A stretch of 64,000 bases of DNA from Moniliella sp. 'wahieum' (GCA_003971905.1 RSEE01000076.1:186001-250000); one strand, 5' to 3'; numbered from the stretch's first letter, positions 48,060 to 61,812 are shown. The notes: generated by a model from the letters alone, not told the origin. Translations and numbers: made by a program.

Positions 48060-49881
48060 TTAGGGCAGCGGAACGTTGTGCGAGGTCCAGTGCTCGGTTT
48101 TGATTAGGTCGGCAGCGCGCTCGGCGACCATGAGAATGGTGAGCATGGGGTTCACAGTGGGCAGGACGGGGAGGACCGACGCATCACAGACACGCAACCC
48201 CTTGAGCCCGACCACGCGCAAATCCTTCTCGTCCACCACCACCGTTTCGTCCGGCTTGCCCTGTTCGGCCGTGACAATGCCATCCCGGCGCACGGCACCT
48301 GGCGTACCCATGCGGCAGGTACCGGCAGGGTGGTAGACCGTGTGGTGGGCAGCGCGGGCAAATGCACTGAGCTCCTCGTCAGTCTGCACCTTGGGTCCAG
48401 GCGCAATCTCTTCGAGCAAGTGGTGTTCCAGGGGTTCGGTCTGCGCAATCTTGCGGCAGGCCTTGATGCCCTCAACGAGAATACGTTCGTCGTACTTGCG
48501 CTCGTCTTCAAAGTAGTTAAAGTCAATCAAGGGCTTGTCGCGCGGGTTGTTGCTGGCCAACGTCAGCTCGCCACGGGCCTGCGAACGGGGAATGTTGGGC
48601 GTCATGCAGAACGCATAGGGAGGCAACTTGTACCCCATTGGCTCCAAGTTCATGCCAAACACGACTTGGTAGCAGTGCGCCATCAGGTTAGGCTGTTTCT
48701 TGTGCAGTTCCTCGCTCGGCTCGAATTCCGACGGCACGCGGAGGAAAAAGGCAGCATCCGACGTCATCACCGTCTCGTCCGGCTTGGGCGCGTCCTTTTC
48801 AGCCACCGACCACATGCAGATCGTCTCGGGGTGGTCGGACAAGTGCTTGCCCACACCGGGCAAGTCGTGCTTAACTGGAACGCCCACCTTGTTGAGCTCG
48901 GCCGCAGGACCAATACCACTGAGCAACAGCAGACGCGGCGAGTCAATCGCGCCCGCACACACAATCACATCGTGCTTAGCATGAATGCTGAACCGACTCT
49001 GCTCCACCCCGCTGACGCATTGGACGCCACTGACGCGCTTGGCGTCGGTCGGGTCAAAGAGCAGCTTCTCGGCCCACGTCTCGAGGAACAGGTGAAGGTT
49101 GCGACGGGCACTCCGACCGGCGTGGGGCATGATGGGGTGCAAGTAGGCGGTAGATGCGCTGCTGCGGTCGTGGTTGTAAGGGTCGTAACTGATCGAAAGG
49201 AAGCCAACGCCATTGCCGCCAGCGGGGGCAAACCCGTCGTTGTGCACGATAGCAGCGTTGAAGTCGGACATGATGGGCGCATTGCATGCGGTGCTGGTCG
49301 CGGCGACCCAGTCACGAGTAATCTCGTTGCGGTGCTGGCCCTGGACAGGGACGGTGTTGAGCTTGAGCTTATCGCCGTAGGGCTGGATCTTGCTCGCCGC
49401 CCACGAGGGGCAGTTGTGTTGCTGGGCCCACCAGTCCAGATCCTCCTTTAGCGGGCGGAAGGAGATGAGGGTGTGTGGCTGGAGCAGCCACCGAGGACAC
49501 GAGCGCGACTGTGGTGGATGTTGCTGTTACCGCGGGGCTGCTCGGTGGTGGTGTAGTTGTAGTCGTACGGGCCCTCGAGCATCTCGAGCCAGCGACCCAG
49601 GTTCAGGGCCACGTCCAGGCCGACGTCCGAGGGGCCGCCTTCAATGACCGCAACACTGACATTTTTGTTCTCCGTCAACCGGTTGGCCAGCACCGCACCA
49701 GCCGTACCTCCACCAACGATGACTAGGCACGGGTAGGATTAGCAGCAAGCGAGCAGGACGGAGAGGAGCGGGGACATACCATAGTCAACTCGAGACGGTC
49801 GCCAGCCTTGGGTGCGGCAGCAAGGTGGCCGCTGATGGTGGCCAGGCGGGCAGCAGCCGCAGCAGCGGTGGGGGACGACAT
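48060..49881 (-). CDS. codA: GMC oxidoreductase, choline oxidase (CodA)-like
   Basis: IVGGGTAGAVLANRL; EQPRGNSNIHHSRARVLGGCSSH; CAGAIDSPRLLLLSGIG; DHPETI; FCMTPNIPR; HHTVYHPAGTC; TVNPMLT. The SSH, HTVYHP and VNP motifs are characteristic of choline oxidases. Confidence 0.85.
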
Positions 49882-50608
49882 TGGGGGGGGGTACAAGCAG
49901 ACGGAGACGAAGGGGGAGGGGGGGCGGAGGGGCAGGCGGCGAGAGAGGGAGCGGGGGTTTATATCTGTGTGGTACTTGGGGGGCCGAAGAAAGAGTTCGG
50001 TGAGCTGGGTATTGACGACGGAGGACCGGGTCCTGCGATAGTCGAACGCCCGTCCGACCGGGCCAGCGTTCGCAGGGACACAGCGCTGGTGCGGCGGGCG
50101 GGGGCTGCCGCCTGCTGCCTTCGCGTTCGCTGGGCACAATACACACACTGGCCTCGTGCGGCGCCCGGCAGCGCTTTGCTACCAGCGGCGGTGAGGTTAG
50201 AGTGCATCTGGGCGCAGCGCCAGTCTTGCCTGGTGTGCCGGCTGGCGCTGAGCCTCAGCCTTCCCTGCATTCCCCAGGCACGGGGGCACTCAGCGGGCCT
50301 GCCGCTTCCCACGACACTTGCAGTACTTGCAGGGCTCCAGCAAGTCCCATCGCTGGGGCCGCGGGCTAACTCCTTGCAGCCGCCCCTAGCATTTCAATGT
50401 TGCAGCTGGCCACCTGCCCCAGTAATCATTTCATTTCGATTTAATTTCGCCTGTTTTTTCGCTCCTTTTTTGACGCTGAGCGCAGGCGGCGTAGCCGTGG
50501 CTGGTGGGTGGATGATAGGATGGATCGAGGGAGGGATCGATGGACAGACGCATGGCGGCGGGCAGATGGATGCCCGACAGACCGCTACCATTCGCCAGCC
50601 TTCCCCCC

Positions 50609-51190
50609 ATGTCTGGTGCAGCCGGGAAGCGCATTGTCAAGGAACTGCGTGCGCTGCGCACCAAGGGCTGCCCGCCGGCATTGCGTTGGTGAGCGTCAGC
50701 GACGAAGCCGCTGGCGGTGGGGCCAGCGCGCTGCCCGAATGGATCTTTTCGCTGCGCGTGCTGGGCAGCTCTGTGTTTGACGGCGAAGAGTTTCGGGTGC
50801 GCGTCAAGTTCGATGCCCACTACCCCTTTGAGCCGCCCGAGGTGACCTTCGTTACCTCCCCGCCGCCCTGGCAAGCACCCATGCACCCCCACATCTACAC
50901 CAATGGTCACATTTGCGCCAACATCCTCGCCGACGAGTGGTCCCCGGCGCTCAGTGTGGAGGCCATTCTTCTCACGCTCCAGAGCATGCTTGCATCGTGC
51001 AAGGTACGCCCCCCCCCCCCCCCTCTGCACGTTTCCCTTCCCCGCCTGCCTCCTTTGTTCCCTCATGGTAGCCCAAGGACTGACGCTCCTTTCAGAACAA
51101 GGAATGGCCACAGGGCAACGACCGATACGTGCGCACCGCACCGAGTAACCCTAAGAAGACACAGTGGGCGTTCCATGATGACACTGTTAG
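50609..51190 (+). CDS. Ubiquitin-conjugating enzyme E2, UBE2W-like
   Basis: MSGAAGKRIVKELR; YPFEPPEVTF..PMHPHIYTNGHICANIL..WSPALSV..LQSMLASC; C-terminus NDRYVR..NPKKTQWAFHDDTV* typical of UBE2W. Confidence 0.9.
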
Positions 51191-52329
51191 CTTCTGCCCC
51201 TCCCGTTTCCTGCCTTTCCCACATGTACCTCTTTTCCTTGGTTTCGGACACAGCCTCTTGTCTCTTTCCCACTCGGCTGGGACTTGGTGTCGCGGTTCCA
51301 GTCCAAGTCCAGTGGGTCATCTTCTCACTTTCTTCCACATTATGATTGCATCTTGACCGCATTTTGATCTGGCCTACGCGCCTTGTGAACGTACAAATGT
51401 CCATTTTTGCCACATGGGGTAGATTACTGTGGTGTCAGATTACTGTGGTGTCGTGCCCCTCCAAACACACGTTGCTTTTTGCGTCGGGAGTTGTACCCCC
51501 TGGGGCTGCATGAAGAACAGGAGCCAATCGAGGCGACACGTTAGGCAGGAAGGGTAGGCGAGCAGTACAAGCACACATGTTAAGAGGGGGCTGTATAGAG
51601 CAGAGTGAGGGTAAACGCGAGAGGATGAGAATGAGGATGAGCATGAGCATGAGAGTGAAGGTAAGGGTGAGGGCGAGGAGGCAGGGTCGGTGACCCTATA
51701 TAGGTACAGGTCCTACGGGCACTTTTCTGCCTAATCTTTCTTGCGACGAAAGAGCGGGATGTTAGGTTCTGGGGGGTGCAAAGCAGTCAGTAAAAAGAAA
51801 GGGAAAGGGAAAAGGACGAGTGGATAGGGGCAAGACATGAGGCGAATGTGCCTAGAACAGTGTGCACCCCAGAGCACAACATATTATGCATCTCATCGTA
51901 GTGTTCCCATTGCATGCCGGCGTCTGCTGGATACTGGCCAGGCCTCAAACCAACGTCAAGTCCCAGTCCAAAAGACGCTGGTAGGTCTAACAAAGCCGGT
52001 TCCCGGTGGACGCCTGTTTGCCCTGGAACGAATCCCTTCGCCTGCAGGATGTGAGGATGACAGTGGGTCAGATCATCGACAAAGTGAAGGATCAGAGATC
52101 CGATCGACAACGCATAGGATCCAGTCGTCCTGTGTGTAATGAAGCATGTCATTGTTTCGGCCCGCTGCTGTCGACAATACGCAAAGCATCTTCCTCCTCG
52201 ATAACAGCCCTGCTGAGGTTTGGCAAAGGAACGTTGCACGGCGGGGTAGAGCAGACGAGCAAACCCGAGCGAGACAAGGAGTAGGACCAACATGCGCACA
52301 CCACCGTTTGGGTAGTAGTCCCCACTGCA

Positions 52330-53400
52330 ACCGCTCAATCACCACTGTTACCGGTGCCCCTGAAAAGCCCGAGAGAGAAGAAGTTACAAATGCCGACTGG
52401 CACGCCCGGCCATCGTCCCACGCCAGTCGGTCGTACCACCTTTCCCACCACGCCCTCGGCTCACACGGGCGCGCAGGGATGGGGATGGCAGGGGAATGGG
52501 GCACAATGTGCAGGTACACAACCGCGCACGGAGCTTCCTCCACGGCAGGGAGGGATTTGGCCTCCTCAGCATGGGCGCGGGCTCGGCGCTGCGCATGCTC
52601 ATGCGCATGGTGCGCAACATAGTACCGGGACCGGTCGTGAGCCAGAGCGGAGGCCGAGGTAGCACTGACATTACCCTGTGGGGGAAAAGCATCGCGTGCG
52701 CCCCCTGTCGTCACATTTGCCTCAGAGGAGGGGGAGACGATGGATCGGGCGGATTCAGCTCTGCCTGCGCGCTAGGAAGAACGATCGCGCCCGGCTCCTG
52801 ACTGCTGGCTAGCAACATTTTGCGCGGCGAAAGTAATTGCAGATCGAGGTAGATGGGGATGTTGGCCGTGTACTGGCACGCACCGTATAACTCGCTGTGT
52901 GGAAAACCACGAGATCCACCTCAGGGCCCGATCGCGTGGGCTGGATGGGCTGGAGGCAGGGACGGGCAGGGAGGAGGGGAAGTTCGAGGCGCAGCCAGGC
53001 TCCGGAACTGCTGCTGCCGTGTTGACCTTCCAGCTCGGCCGGGACCAAAGAAAACGTACCCATCGGATTGGTGTCGACGTTGAGGGTGGGCCTGCCACAG
53101 AGCCGCTGCAAAATTAGGCCGCTGCACGTCGCAGGAGGGGGAAGCACACGGCACGTACCAGTCTCGGGCTACTTGTTCAGCCGCTTGGGTGTACGCCTGG
53201 CCCGTCTCGTCCAACGGGCAGCAGCGGCCCAAAGCCGCCCATGTCCACATTGGCCCATGAGGTTGGGGCAACGGCCAGGCCAGTGGCCAGGAAGAGGAGG
53301 GTCCATTTCCTCGCCCGGTGTGCCGAGCGCCTCATCTGGGAAAAAGGGGCAGTGGCTGCTGTTGGTGCGGGCTGGCAAAGTACGCCCTTTGTGTTGTGGT
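52330..53400 (-). CDS. Hypothetical protein (uncertain, frameshifted)
   Basis: Coding-like overlapping frames (GPMWTWAALGRCCPL, WLRLELPLLP, EVDLVVFH, RAWWERWYDRLAWDDG); no family recognised. Confidence 0.3.
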
Positions 53401-54275
53401 GGTGGTGGGTGCTAGGTGCCCCCCCAGTCGCTTACCTAACGCATGGAGATGGCGGGGGCATTTTACCGTTTCAAAGAGGGCTTTGGAATCTGAAGACAAC
53501 GCGCAGTGGCCCGTGCGTTGTAGTTCGCAGTGCCACCAGGGCTGCTCTTGCTCAAAACGTTCAAGCTTCGGGTGAATGAGCCTGTGTACTCCTGGTGGCC
53601 TGTTGCGCAGTCCTCGGTTGTGGGTCCCAGGTTCGACCGACGGGGCCTGTCGAAGCTTGAAGGTCAGGCTGACCGTTCTCGTTCGATATTCAGTGCGCCC
53701 CCCCAGTCTGGGGTGTGTTGGCTGGATTCGTCGGGAACAAAAGAACACAGCGCGACCCAAAAAAGGCCCAAGGCCTGACTTCTGAGGTCTCGGATGGCAC
53801 ATGCCCCAAACGATGCAAAAGACAGCCTAGTAATCATTAATCATTGCCATCAGTGTGACTATTAGTGACTGGCTGTGCGGCAAGTAGAAACCGGCTGCTT
53901 GCATCATCGTTCGTGGGGGCGGAGTGCCCCGGAGGGCAGTGCGGATTCGATGAGGATCGGATGATCGAGATGATCTCGGTGGTCTGAGATGGAGATGTGA
54001 AAAGGTCGCACAAGGTCACGTGGCCGGAGGGAGACGCCCAGCAGCTACTGAGCCGGTGCTTCACAGCCTCCATCCTACAGACCGGCTGGGTTGCTGGTGC
54101 TGACTGGGAGCGAGAGACGCGAGACGAGCCTGGTGGTTGCTGGTTGCTGGCGAGTGGTTGTGGTTGGTGGCTGTTGCTTCCTGGTTGCTGACTGCTGGCT
54201 GCTGGCTTCTGCGACCGGTTCCTTGTTGCTGGCCCTGCGCATCCTCGCCGCCCAGAGCAGCAGGCAACCCCCCAG

Positions 54276-57200
54276 ATGGCCTCGGCGACGGCTGCGTCGT
54301 CGTGGCCGCGGGCACGGCGGCCACGCAGCTCCAAGCCGCCCTCACCGCCCTCGCCGACGCGACCTCCACGCCCCTCCCCCCCTCGCCCCCATCCCCACCC
54401 CCACCCCCCCCCTGCCTCTGCCCCCCTCCTCCCCTTCCCCCCTCCCTCCCCCCCCCCACCCCCTCAGCTTGTCTGGCAGCTCACTGCCCCCCCCTGTCCT
54501 CGCCCGCCCCGCACCCACCTCCTCCGCGACGCGCCGCAGCACACCCACACGCCCCTCCGTGTCCCTCCCGCCTGCGCCCGCTCGCCCCGCGCCTCTCCGC
54601 CATCGCCTCCGCTACCGCCACCGACGTTGTCCTGTCCGACGCTGCGTGTGATACCCCCGTCGCTGCCTTGGCCCAGGCCGAGGACGAACGTTTGCCCAGA
54701 TCGACATCCGCGGTTCCTCCGATGCGGTGGCCCTGGCCTGTCCGCGTTTTGGTTCTGTGCGACCAACTGGTACGCCATCCCCCCCCCTTCCCACGCTTCT
54801 TCCCCTTGTCGTGGAAATGGACTGACGCAGCTACGATCGACTGGCAGAACGGGCTGGAAACTGATACGTGCGAGCTGGACTGCACCTTGCTCAACATCCT
54901 TGGTGGGCGCAAACGGTGTGTGATCCAGACATCCAGGCCGACACTGTACCTCAATTACTTTGCGCCCACTACCTTTGGCTGGGTCCGCCCCCCCGATACC
55001 AGTGAGGATGCACGCTTGGCGCAGGAAGCCCACCTGGTTTACATCACCGGTCCCTCCAGTGGGGTGACGCGGGCCAAGGAGATGTTGTTGCAGATTGCGC
55101 AGCTCAAGAGCGCTGCCTTGCTTCCAAGGAAGCGGAAATGCTACCGTGCAAGTTGGACTGGCTCTTGTTGCACAAGAGGGACGAGCTGAGGTGCATCGCG
55201 ATCGACAATGGAACCCACATCTCTTTTCCTCCTTTGGGCAGCGCCCAGGGCCGCATCCAAGTACTGGGAGACAATCGCACGTCCATGGAGCGCACCCTGC
55301 GCGCCTGATGGCACTTGCTTCTCTCTTTTATCTTGCCAGCGTTGCGCTGCTGGATATGGGCGCCACGCTGAACAACAAGAGGTGGCGACGCTGGTGACGG
55401 ATGTGGCGCTCGTATCGGGTGCCGAGGTGCATTTACACCCTCTGCGCCGCTGCGGGGCGACTGGACAGGCGAGGCCCTGGCGCCCTCGGCCAGCCGAGTC
55501 GAGCTGCGCGGTACTTCGTCCGAAGTTCGAAAGGGTCTTGCTCACCTTCTCTCTCATCACCCGCCATCCAGCGCACCTACCCCCGCGCCGAGGTGACCGT
55601 CCATATTGAGCTTGCGGCGGAACACCGCGACTTTATCTGGGCAAGAAGAATGGCAAGGTCAACAAGATTATGAAGTTGGCCAACGTCCAGGTCAAGTACG
55701 ATACGTTCAACGAATACAATTTTGTGATTGAGTTGGGTGCGTTTGGAACCCCCCTTGAGCTCACTGCGCCGCCCATGGCTTCCGCCGCCTCGTTGGCCGG
55801 GTTGGAGGGCCCGTGCGAGGGAAGCAACGTTCTTCTCGGACTGGCTTGCTTGGAAGAAGAATTGCCCGCCGAGATTTCCTTCCATGTACCCGAGACGTAC
55901 CATAAGCGTATCATTGGTGTGGGGGGCAAGAACATTCAGCGTATCATGAAACGGTATGGGGTGTACGTCAAATTCTCTTCGGCCGAGGAGTTTGCCTCCT
56001 TGGGCGGCTACCTCAGTAACGAGGACAATGTCGTGGCACGCACTCCGGGCAAGAATACTGCTTCCTTGTTGCACCTGAAAGCTGCTGTGTTGGAGATGGT
56101 TGCCCCCAAAGACCGAGATTACACCACCACGACTCTTCCTATTGCGCGTTGGTTCCATCGCAGTCTGGCCTCGGAGCGCGCCATGTTATTACACGACCTC
56201 GAGACCCGGAATAGCTGTGCCGTCCGTTTCCCCCCGCGCGAGACGGCATTGGATGAGGTGACAATCTATGGTCCTGCCTCCAATTGCCCGGGGCTGCGCA
56301 GTTGCTGGAGCAAGTACCATACGAGGGCGTACACACCTTCCGCCTAGCACCTATGTCGCCTCGCATGAGTTTACGATCCTGACGGATATTTTGCGACGCG
56401 AGTTCAACCTTCGTCTCTCGTTCTTACCCAATCCCGAGGACCGGGAGGACGCGTCCCTACATCTGCACCTGTTTACCACCCGTTCCCACGCGCCTCTTCT
56501 ACCGACAGTACGAGCCATGTTCGATGTGTTCTTCCAGGCGCCTAGCCCGGCTGCCGGGCTGGCTCTCGCCACGCCCGTATCCCCCCGCCTTACGGCTACC
56601 CCCTTCCGTCCCCTACCACCAGTACCACCACACCTTCCCCTGCCACGCGGAGCCTGGCACTTTCCGCTTCGGCACTTCCCCTCCCCGACTCGCCCACCTG
56701 GAGCCGAAGGGGAGTCCGGAGCGGACCTCCGCCCTTGGCTTCGCCGGCCACGGAGGCGCATCCTACCCTCCATCTCGATGAGAGCCAGAGGGTGCGCACG
56801 GCTAGCTCGACTGCAACACCACATCCATCCTCGGCTCGCGCACCTCGTCAGGAGCTGGCTCGGCGGTGCAGGCAGCGCAAACGGCCCAGGCAGTCACGCT
56901 GCCCAAGCTCACGCTCACGCTCACGCTCAAGCTCAAGCTCAAGCCCAAGCCCAAGCCCAAGCAAGCTCAAGCTCAAGCCCAAGCCCAAGCCCAAGCTCGC
57001 CCAGGCCCGCCACGCTCACACTGTATCTGGTCCTGTTCTCACACCCCTTCGTACTTCGCCTTACCTTGAGCGAGCGCCGCTGCCCGACTTTTGGCGTCGA
57101 AACGGGCACCAAGTCGCGCACAGTTTCTCCTATGTCCGCGACGCCTGCACGAGGGTGGGAAGCGCCACCGCCTTCGTGGACGCAGGACGTGCGGCGCGTG

Positions 57201-57559
57201 GGGCACCGGGCGCAATCGTTGGATGTGGGCGGACGGGTGCCCGCCCGTGCCGAGTACCAAGCGTTCGATGGCGCGCTGTACGACCCGCCGTTTGATCCCA
57301 CCTTGGACCAAGGCCAGCTTGGTTACGAACCGTTCGAGCCGTATGACGCTCCTGCCCTCGGCCTCCACTCGGGCCCGAGCGTCTTGCCTCCCCTCATGAG
57401 TTCCAACCTGCCGAGACCGAGTTCCCCGATGCCCAACAAATTGTACGTTTGCGCTCCTCCGCTCCTCATCCCTTTGCTGCAAAGGAGACTAACATGGAAC
57501 CCACCCGCGCTCAGTCGGAGATGAACCGAGCGATGCAACTCTGGTCCCTCAATCCTTGA
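54276..57559 (+). CDS. Multi-KH-domain RNA-binding protein (Khd4/Mug60-like)
   Basis: EHRDFI..KKNGKVNKIMKLANV; LEEELPAEISFHVPETYHKRIIGVGGKNIQRIMKRYGVYVKF; DNVVARTPGKN; AQ repeat near the C-terminus. Ends approximate. Confidence 0.82.
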
Positions 57560-58099
57560 GCTTATAGCATTCCTATCGTACCCGCCTATCTCCCCCCGCG
57601 ACCTGTCTCCCGCCTCGTCTTTCTCTCTCTCTCTTTCTCTCTCTCTCTCTCCCGTTGCCCGTTGCCGTTGCCCGTATTGCCGTTACCAGGATGTGGTTTA
57701 CCCTCTGATTCCCCCCCCTATGCGTCTACCACGGAAGCTAGTTCCTTTTGATGCCCCCAATCTCGGTTGATCAATGATCGTTAAATGTCCTGGGGCTTGT
57801 CCCCCTAGTCCCCCCCCGGCCTTAACCGGTAACCGTTAACCCTCCTAGCCCCTCTTTGTACGCCCTCCGGAGTCTGCTTTACCTGATTCCCATCCTGTCG
57901 CAGCTTGGGACTCCTCCCCGCTGCCTGGCGAGTCCAAATGGACCACGTCGAGCCCGAGTGGTCAGAACTTTGGAGAAGGCTACAACATCTATGCATATTG
58001 CAATCCTCCTCACCAACCTGTTAAACGATTGGAACGTCATTAATCATTAGGCTTGTAGACGATCGCCTGCCATCATCGATTCGGATCTACATTTAACAT

Positions 58100-59748
58100 T
58101 TAGCACGCGTGGCCGTAGCCCGAGGGCTTGCTGTGGGCATGGTCATGCTTCTGGGCCGAGGCACGAACGTGCTTGCCTGGGTGGAACAGGTCGGAGCGGT
58201 GCGTGCGACCTGTGCCCGTAGCGTTGGCCGCCTTGGCCGCCACGGTGGCCGAGGGATTGAGGGCAGCTGTGGCGACATGGTCGTCGGTCAAGGCGTCGGT
58301 GACATCGAGCAAGTCCTCGACCAAGCTGACCACCATATCTTCGCTCATTGAGTTGCGGACGACGATGCGGAGAATTTCCTGGTCAGTGAGCGGTTCGGGC
58401 AACGGGTAGTTGGGTACGATCCAGCCTTTGCTGCGCAACATGGTTTGGACCCACTTTTGCTGCAAGTGCGGGTACTTGGTACGGAACTCCTTGGTCCAGC
58501 GGAACGCGACAACGGGCAAAGAAGGCTTGTAGTACCGCTTGGGCTTCGTCCTTGGTGGGGCGGTAGGAGCCTGGGCTAGGCTTTCGGAAACCACCTCGTA
58601 CACACCACTCTTTTCAATGGCACGGGCAAACATGCGCGCATTGCGCAAGTCGGCTTCGACCACTTGCTTGTACCCTTCCTGGCCCAACTTGATGAAGTTG
58701 TAGTACTGCACCACCATTTGGCCCGCCGGACGGGAAAAGTTGAGATTAAAGTCAATCTGGTCCGAACCGAGATAGGAGAGTTCAAACAACAGTTCCTTGG
58801 GCAAGTGGTCCGGCGTACGCCACACCACCCACCCCAATCCCACTGGCGCCAGACCAAACTTATGCCCGGACGAGTTGATGGACGCTACGCGCTTAACGCG
58901 GAAATCCCACTCGAGCTCCGGCCACGCAAAGGGCAACACGAACCCGCCCGAGGCCGCATCGACGTGAATGGGGATATCGAGTCCGGTCTTGGCCTGCAGG
59001 TCGTCCAACAAGTCGGACATCTCCTTGACCGGCTCAATCGCACCGGTGTAGGTGGAGCCAGCAATGACAAACACAGCAATCGTGTTTTCGTCCACCATCT
59101 CGATCGCCTTTTTGGTGTCGAGACGGTAGTGCGATTCCTCGCTAACCGGCACCAGGCGCAGTTCAATGTCAAAGTACTTGGCCGCCTTTTCCACACACAC
59201 TTGGGTGTTGGCACCGACAATCAGGTTGGGCTTGTCAGTGGGCTTGCCCTCGGCTTTGCGCCGTTGCTGCCACTGTTTCTTGAGCGCCAAAGCCCCCAGC
59301 ATGATCGCTTCAGAGGAGCCCGTGGTGGCCGTGCCCAGCGCACGGACCGTCTCACCGTCCTCGGAATGCGTTTTGGGCGCATGCCACAGATCCGCCACCA
59401 TCGACACACAGCGTCCGTGTAAGTTGATGGTGGAAGGGTACTCGTCCCCGTCGGCAAGGTTGATGTTCCAATGCTCTTGGAACAGCCGCTGGGCATAATC
59501 GTCCACCTGCGTCGAGACAAACGAGGCCAAGTTGAGGGTCGGCTTGCCGTCCCGCGCCAACTCGCCACGCACGGCCGAATACGCATCCACACCGCCACAC
59601 CGCGCTTGGGAATGTGCGTCTGGGGCAAACCAATGCTCTGGTACTTGCCAGCCAGGGGACCGGTGCCGTCGCGGTCGCTCAGGCGCAGGCCGTGTTCGGC
59701 AGCGAGCTCGAACAGGTCATGGGCATCGACGTGAGCAGCAAGTCCCAT
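58100..59748 (-). CDS. GAD1: Glutamate decarboxylase (PLP-dependent)
   Basis: DGKPTLNLASFV; NLADGDEYP; GTATTGSSEAIMLG; IHVDAASGGF; SINSSGHKFG (PLP lysine); LNFSRP; GWIVPNY. One frameshift near the 5' end. Confidence 0.95.
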
Positions 59749-60748
59749 GTTGGTGCTTCGTCTAGTGGTGTGGGGATGAGGGGGGAGGGGGGATAGGGAC
59801 GCAGTAGGGTGGTATTACTAAGTACTTCTCAATATGGTATGCTTTGTGGGCGAACAACGCAACAATGGGGGCCGGGAGAGGAGGGGGGGGAGAGAGGAGG
59901 GCGGCGCACGGGCGGGGCCGGAGCGGCGGCAGGAGGTGTGTGACATGTGATGCGGCCCAAGGCCACGGACCACGACGCTCCCCACGCGTCCCCGTCCGTG
60001 GACCGGAGTGCACATTGCGGCATGTGGATGAGGCGGGCCGGTGGAGGGGGCGGCGTGATGGTCGATTGTGGAAGCGCAGGATGCGGCGTTTGGTTGAGCC
60101 GGCGATGAGCGGGGGATGCAGATGGGCAGAGGCGAAGCTGGCGAAGCTAGCGAAGCTTGAAGAGGGCCACGGAGTGCGGAGTGTGCGTAGTGAGTACGAA
60201 AACGTCTGTAGACTGTGGACTGAGTACTGAGTACATTTGCCGCTGGCCAGCAGCTGTGTGTGCGTGCCTGTGTGCTGACGTCACTGTCACATGTCACCCA
60301 GCCCGCCGCTGAACATTTCAGCTGGAGCTCATGCGTCTGGCTCTCGCACGGAGGCCACAGGGGCTGTGCACACTGGCCAGATGCGGCGATGCCCGCCGAG
60401 CCACTCGATTCCGAGGCGCTGCGACTGGCAGTAGGAGGGCAGTGTCTGGGGGAGCGTCCGTGTCACATGTCACATGCCACATGCCACGTGTCGACTATCG
60501 GTTCAATATGCAATGCCCGCTCGGCGCCAGCCAGCCGTTCGCCCTCGCTTCGTTCCGCACAGCACCGCACAGCCTCGCACCGCACCGGCCACTACTCAGC
60601 ACTCGGCCTGTGTGCTCAGCCACTCAGGTGAACCTTCCAACGCACCAACACGCAGTCTGTGTACTCGATCCAACCGCAAGAGCAACACATCCGAGCTCCG
60701 CCACACCCACACAACTACTCCCCCTCCACCACACCTACCACCTCCCCC

Positions 60749-61339
60749 ATGTCTGGCCCCAACGAGGACAAGCGTCCCCCCCGGGTGGACCAAGCAGTTT
60801 GACAGCAACTATGGCCGCTGGTTCTACGTCGACACCAAGAGCCAGCCCCCGCGTTCGATCTGGGTCCACCCGCTGGACGAGCATCCGCCCCAGCAGCAAC
60901 AGCAGCAATATGCCCCGCCCCCTGGGCCCCCGGCCTCGGATCCTTCCCGCGGATACGGCCCGAGCAACTATGGTGGTCCCCCGCAGGGCGGCTACGGAGG
61001 CCCGCAAGGCCCCTCTGGCTACGGTGCCCCCAGGGCGGCTACGGTGGTCCGCCGCCCCAGCGCCAGAACTATAGTCCGCCACCACAAATGTACCAGCAGC
61101 CAGTCTACCAGCAGCCCCCTCCTCCTCAGGTCATCCAAGCTGCCCCGGCCAAGAAGAAGCATGGTCTGGGCGGATGGGGGGGTGCAGCCCTCGGGCTGGG
61201 AGGTGGCCTGTTGGGAGGCATGCTGCTTGACGACGTGATTGATCACAAGGAAGACGAAGCGTACGACCAGGGCTATGACAATGGCATGGACAATGGCGGC
61301 GACTTTGGCGGCGGAGACTTTGGCGGCGGAGACTGGTGA
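60749..61339 (+). CDS. Small WW-domain, Gly/Pro/Tyr-rich protein (Wwm1-like)
   Basis: VPPGWTKQFDSNYGRWFYVDTK..RSIWVHP (WW domain); C-terminus GAALGLGGGLLGGMLLDD..AYDQGY..DFGGGDW*. Confidence 0.85.
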
Positions 61340-61812
61340 TTAAGATTTCGCTTTGGCCGTCTCCCGCTCTATCCTCCACCTTACCTTGGCCTCGTCGAAC
61401 AATCTAGTCTCCCTTGCTCCGTATATGGTTGCTCTCTAAACTAAAGAGGATGGGTCCGCCGTTGGTGCTGCCCCTCTTGCCCAGGACCAAGTCTTGCCTG
61501 CTTTGTCCATTTCGCCTCGATTGCGCTGAATTCATGCCATTGATCCATTGGACCTTCCTTTTCACCGCCCACACCCAAAGGTTCGTCGCGTCTTGGCGCA
61601 GTCGCTGCTTACATAGTACACTCACCGCGTCAATCCCCGGAAGGCCGCATACCGGGTCTACCCTCCTCTTTTCCCAACTGAAACGTGCTGACAGGCCCAA
61701 AAGGTCTTTAGCGTCTTTACGTTAGGCGGATTAGGTCCACAGCATGCAAGGAGCGCTTACACTTTACGTCTGTCCCAGGTACTCCTCATTGTGCGGATCA
61801 CAATGTCATTGC

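Noticed and set aside
51421..51452. Perfect 16-bp direct duplication AGATTACTGTGGTGTC x2 as a transposon footprint
   Set aside because: An isolated tandem duplication with no associated element; it cannot be distinguished from slippage.
2719..61339. Pervasive frameshifts suggesting mass pseudogenisation or programmed frameshifting
   Set aside because: They affect essential genes (RPL8, NDUFV2, SNF5), are mostly single-base losses, and amino-acid conservation is otherwise intact. This is typical of unpolished long-read assembly error.
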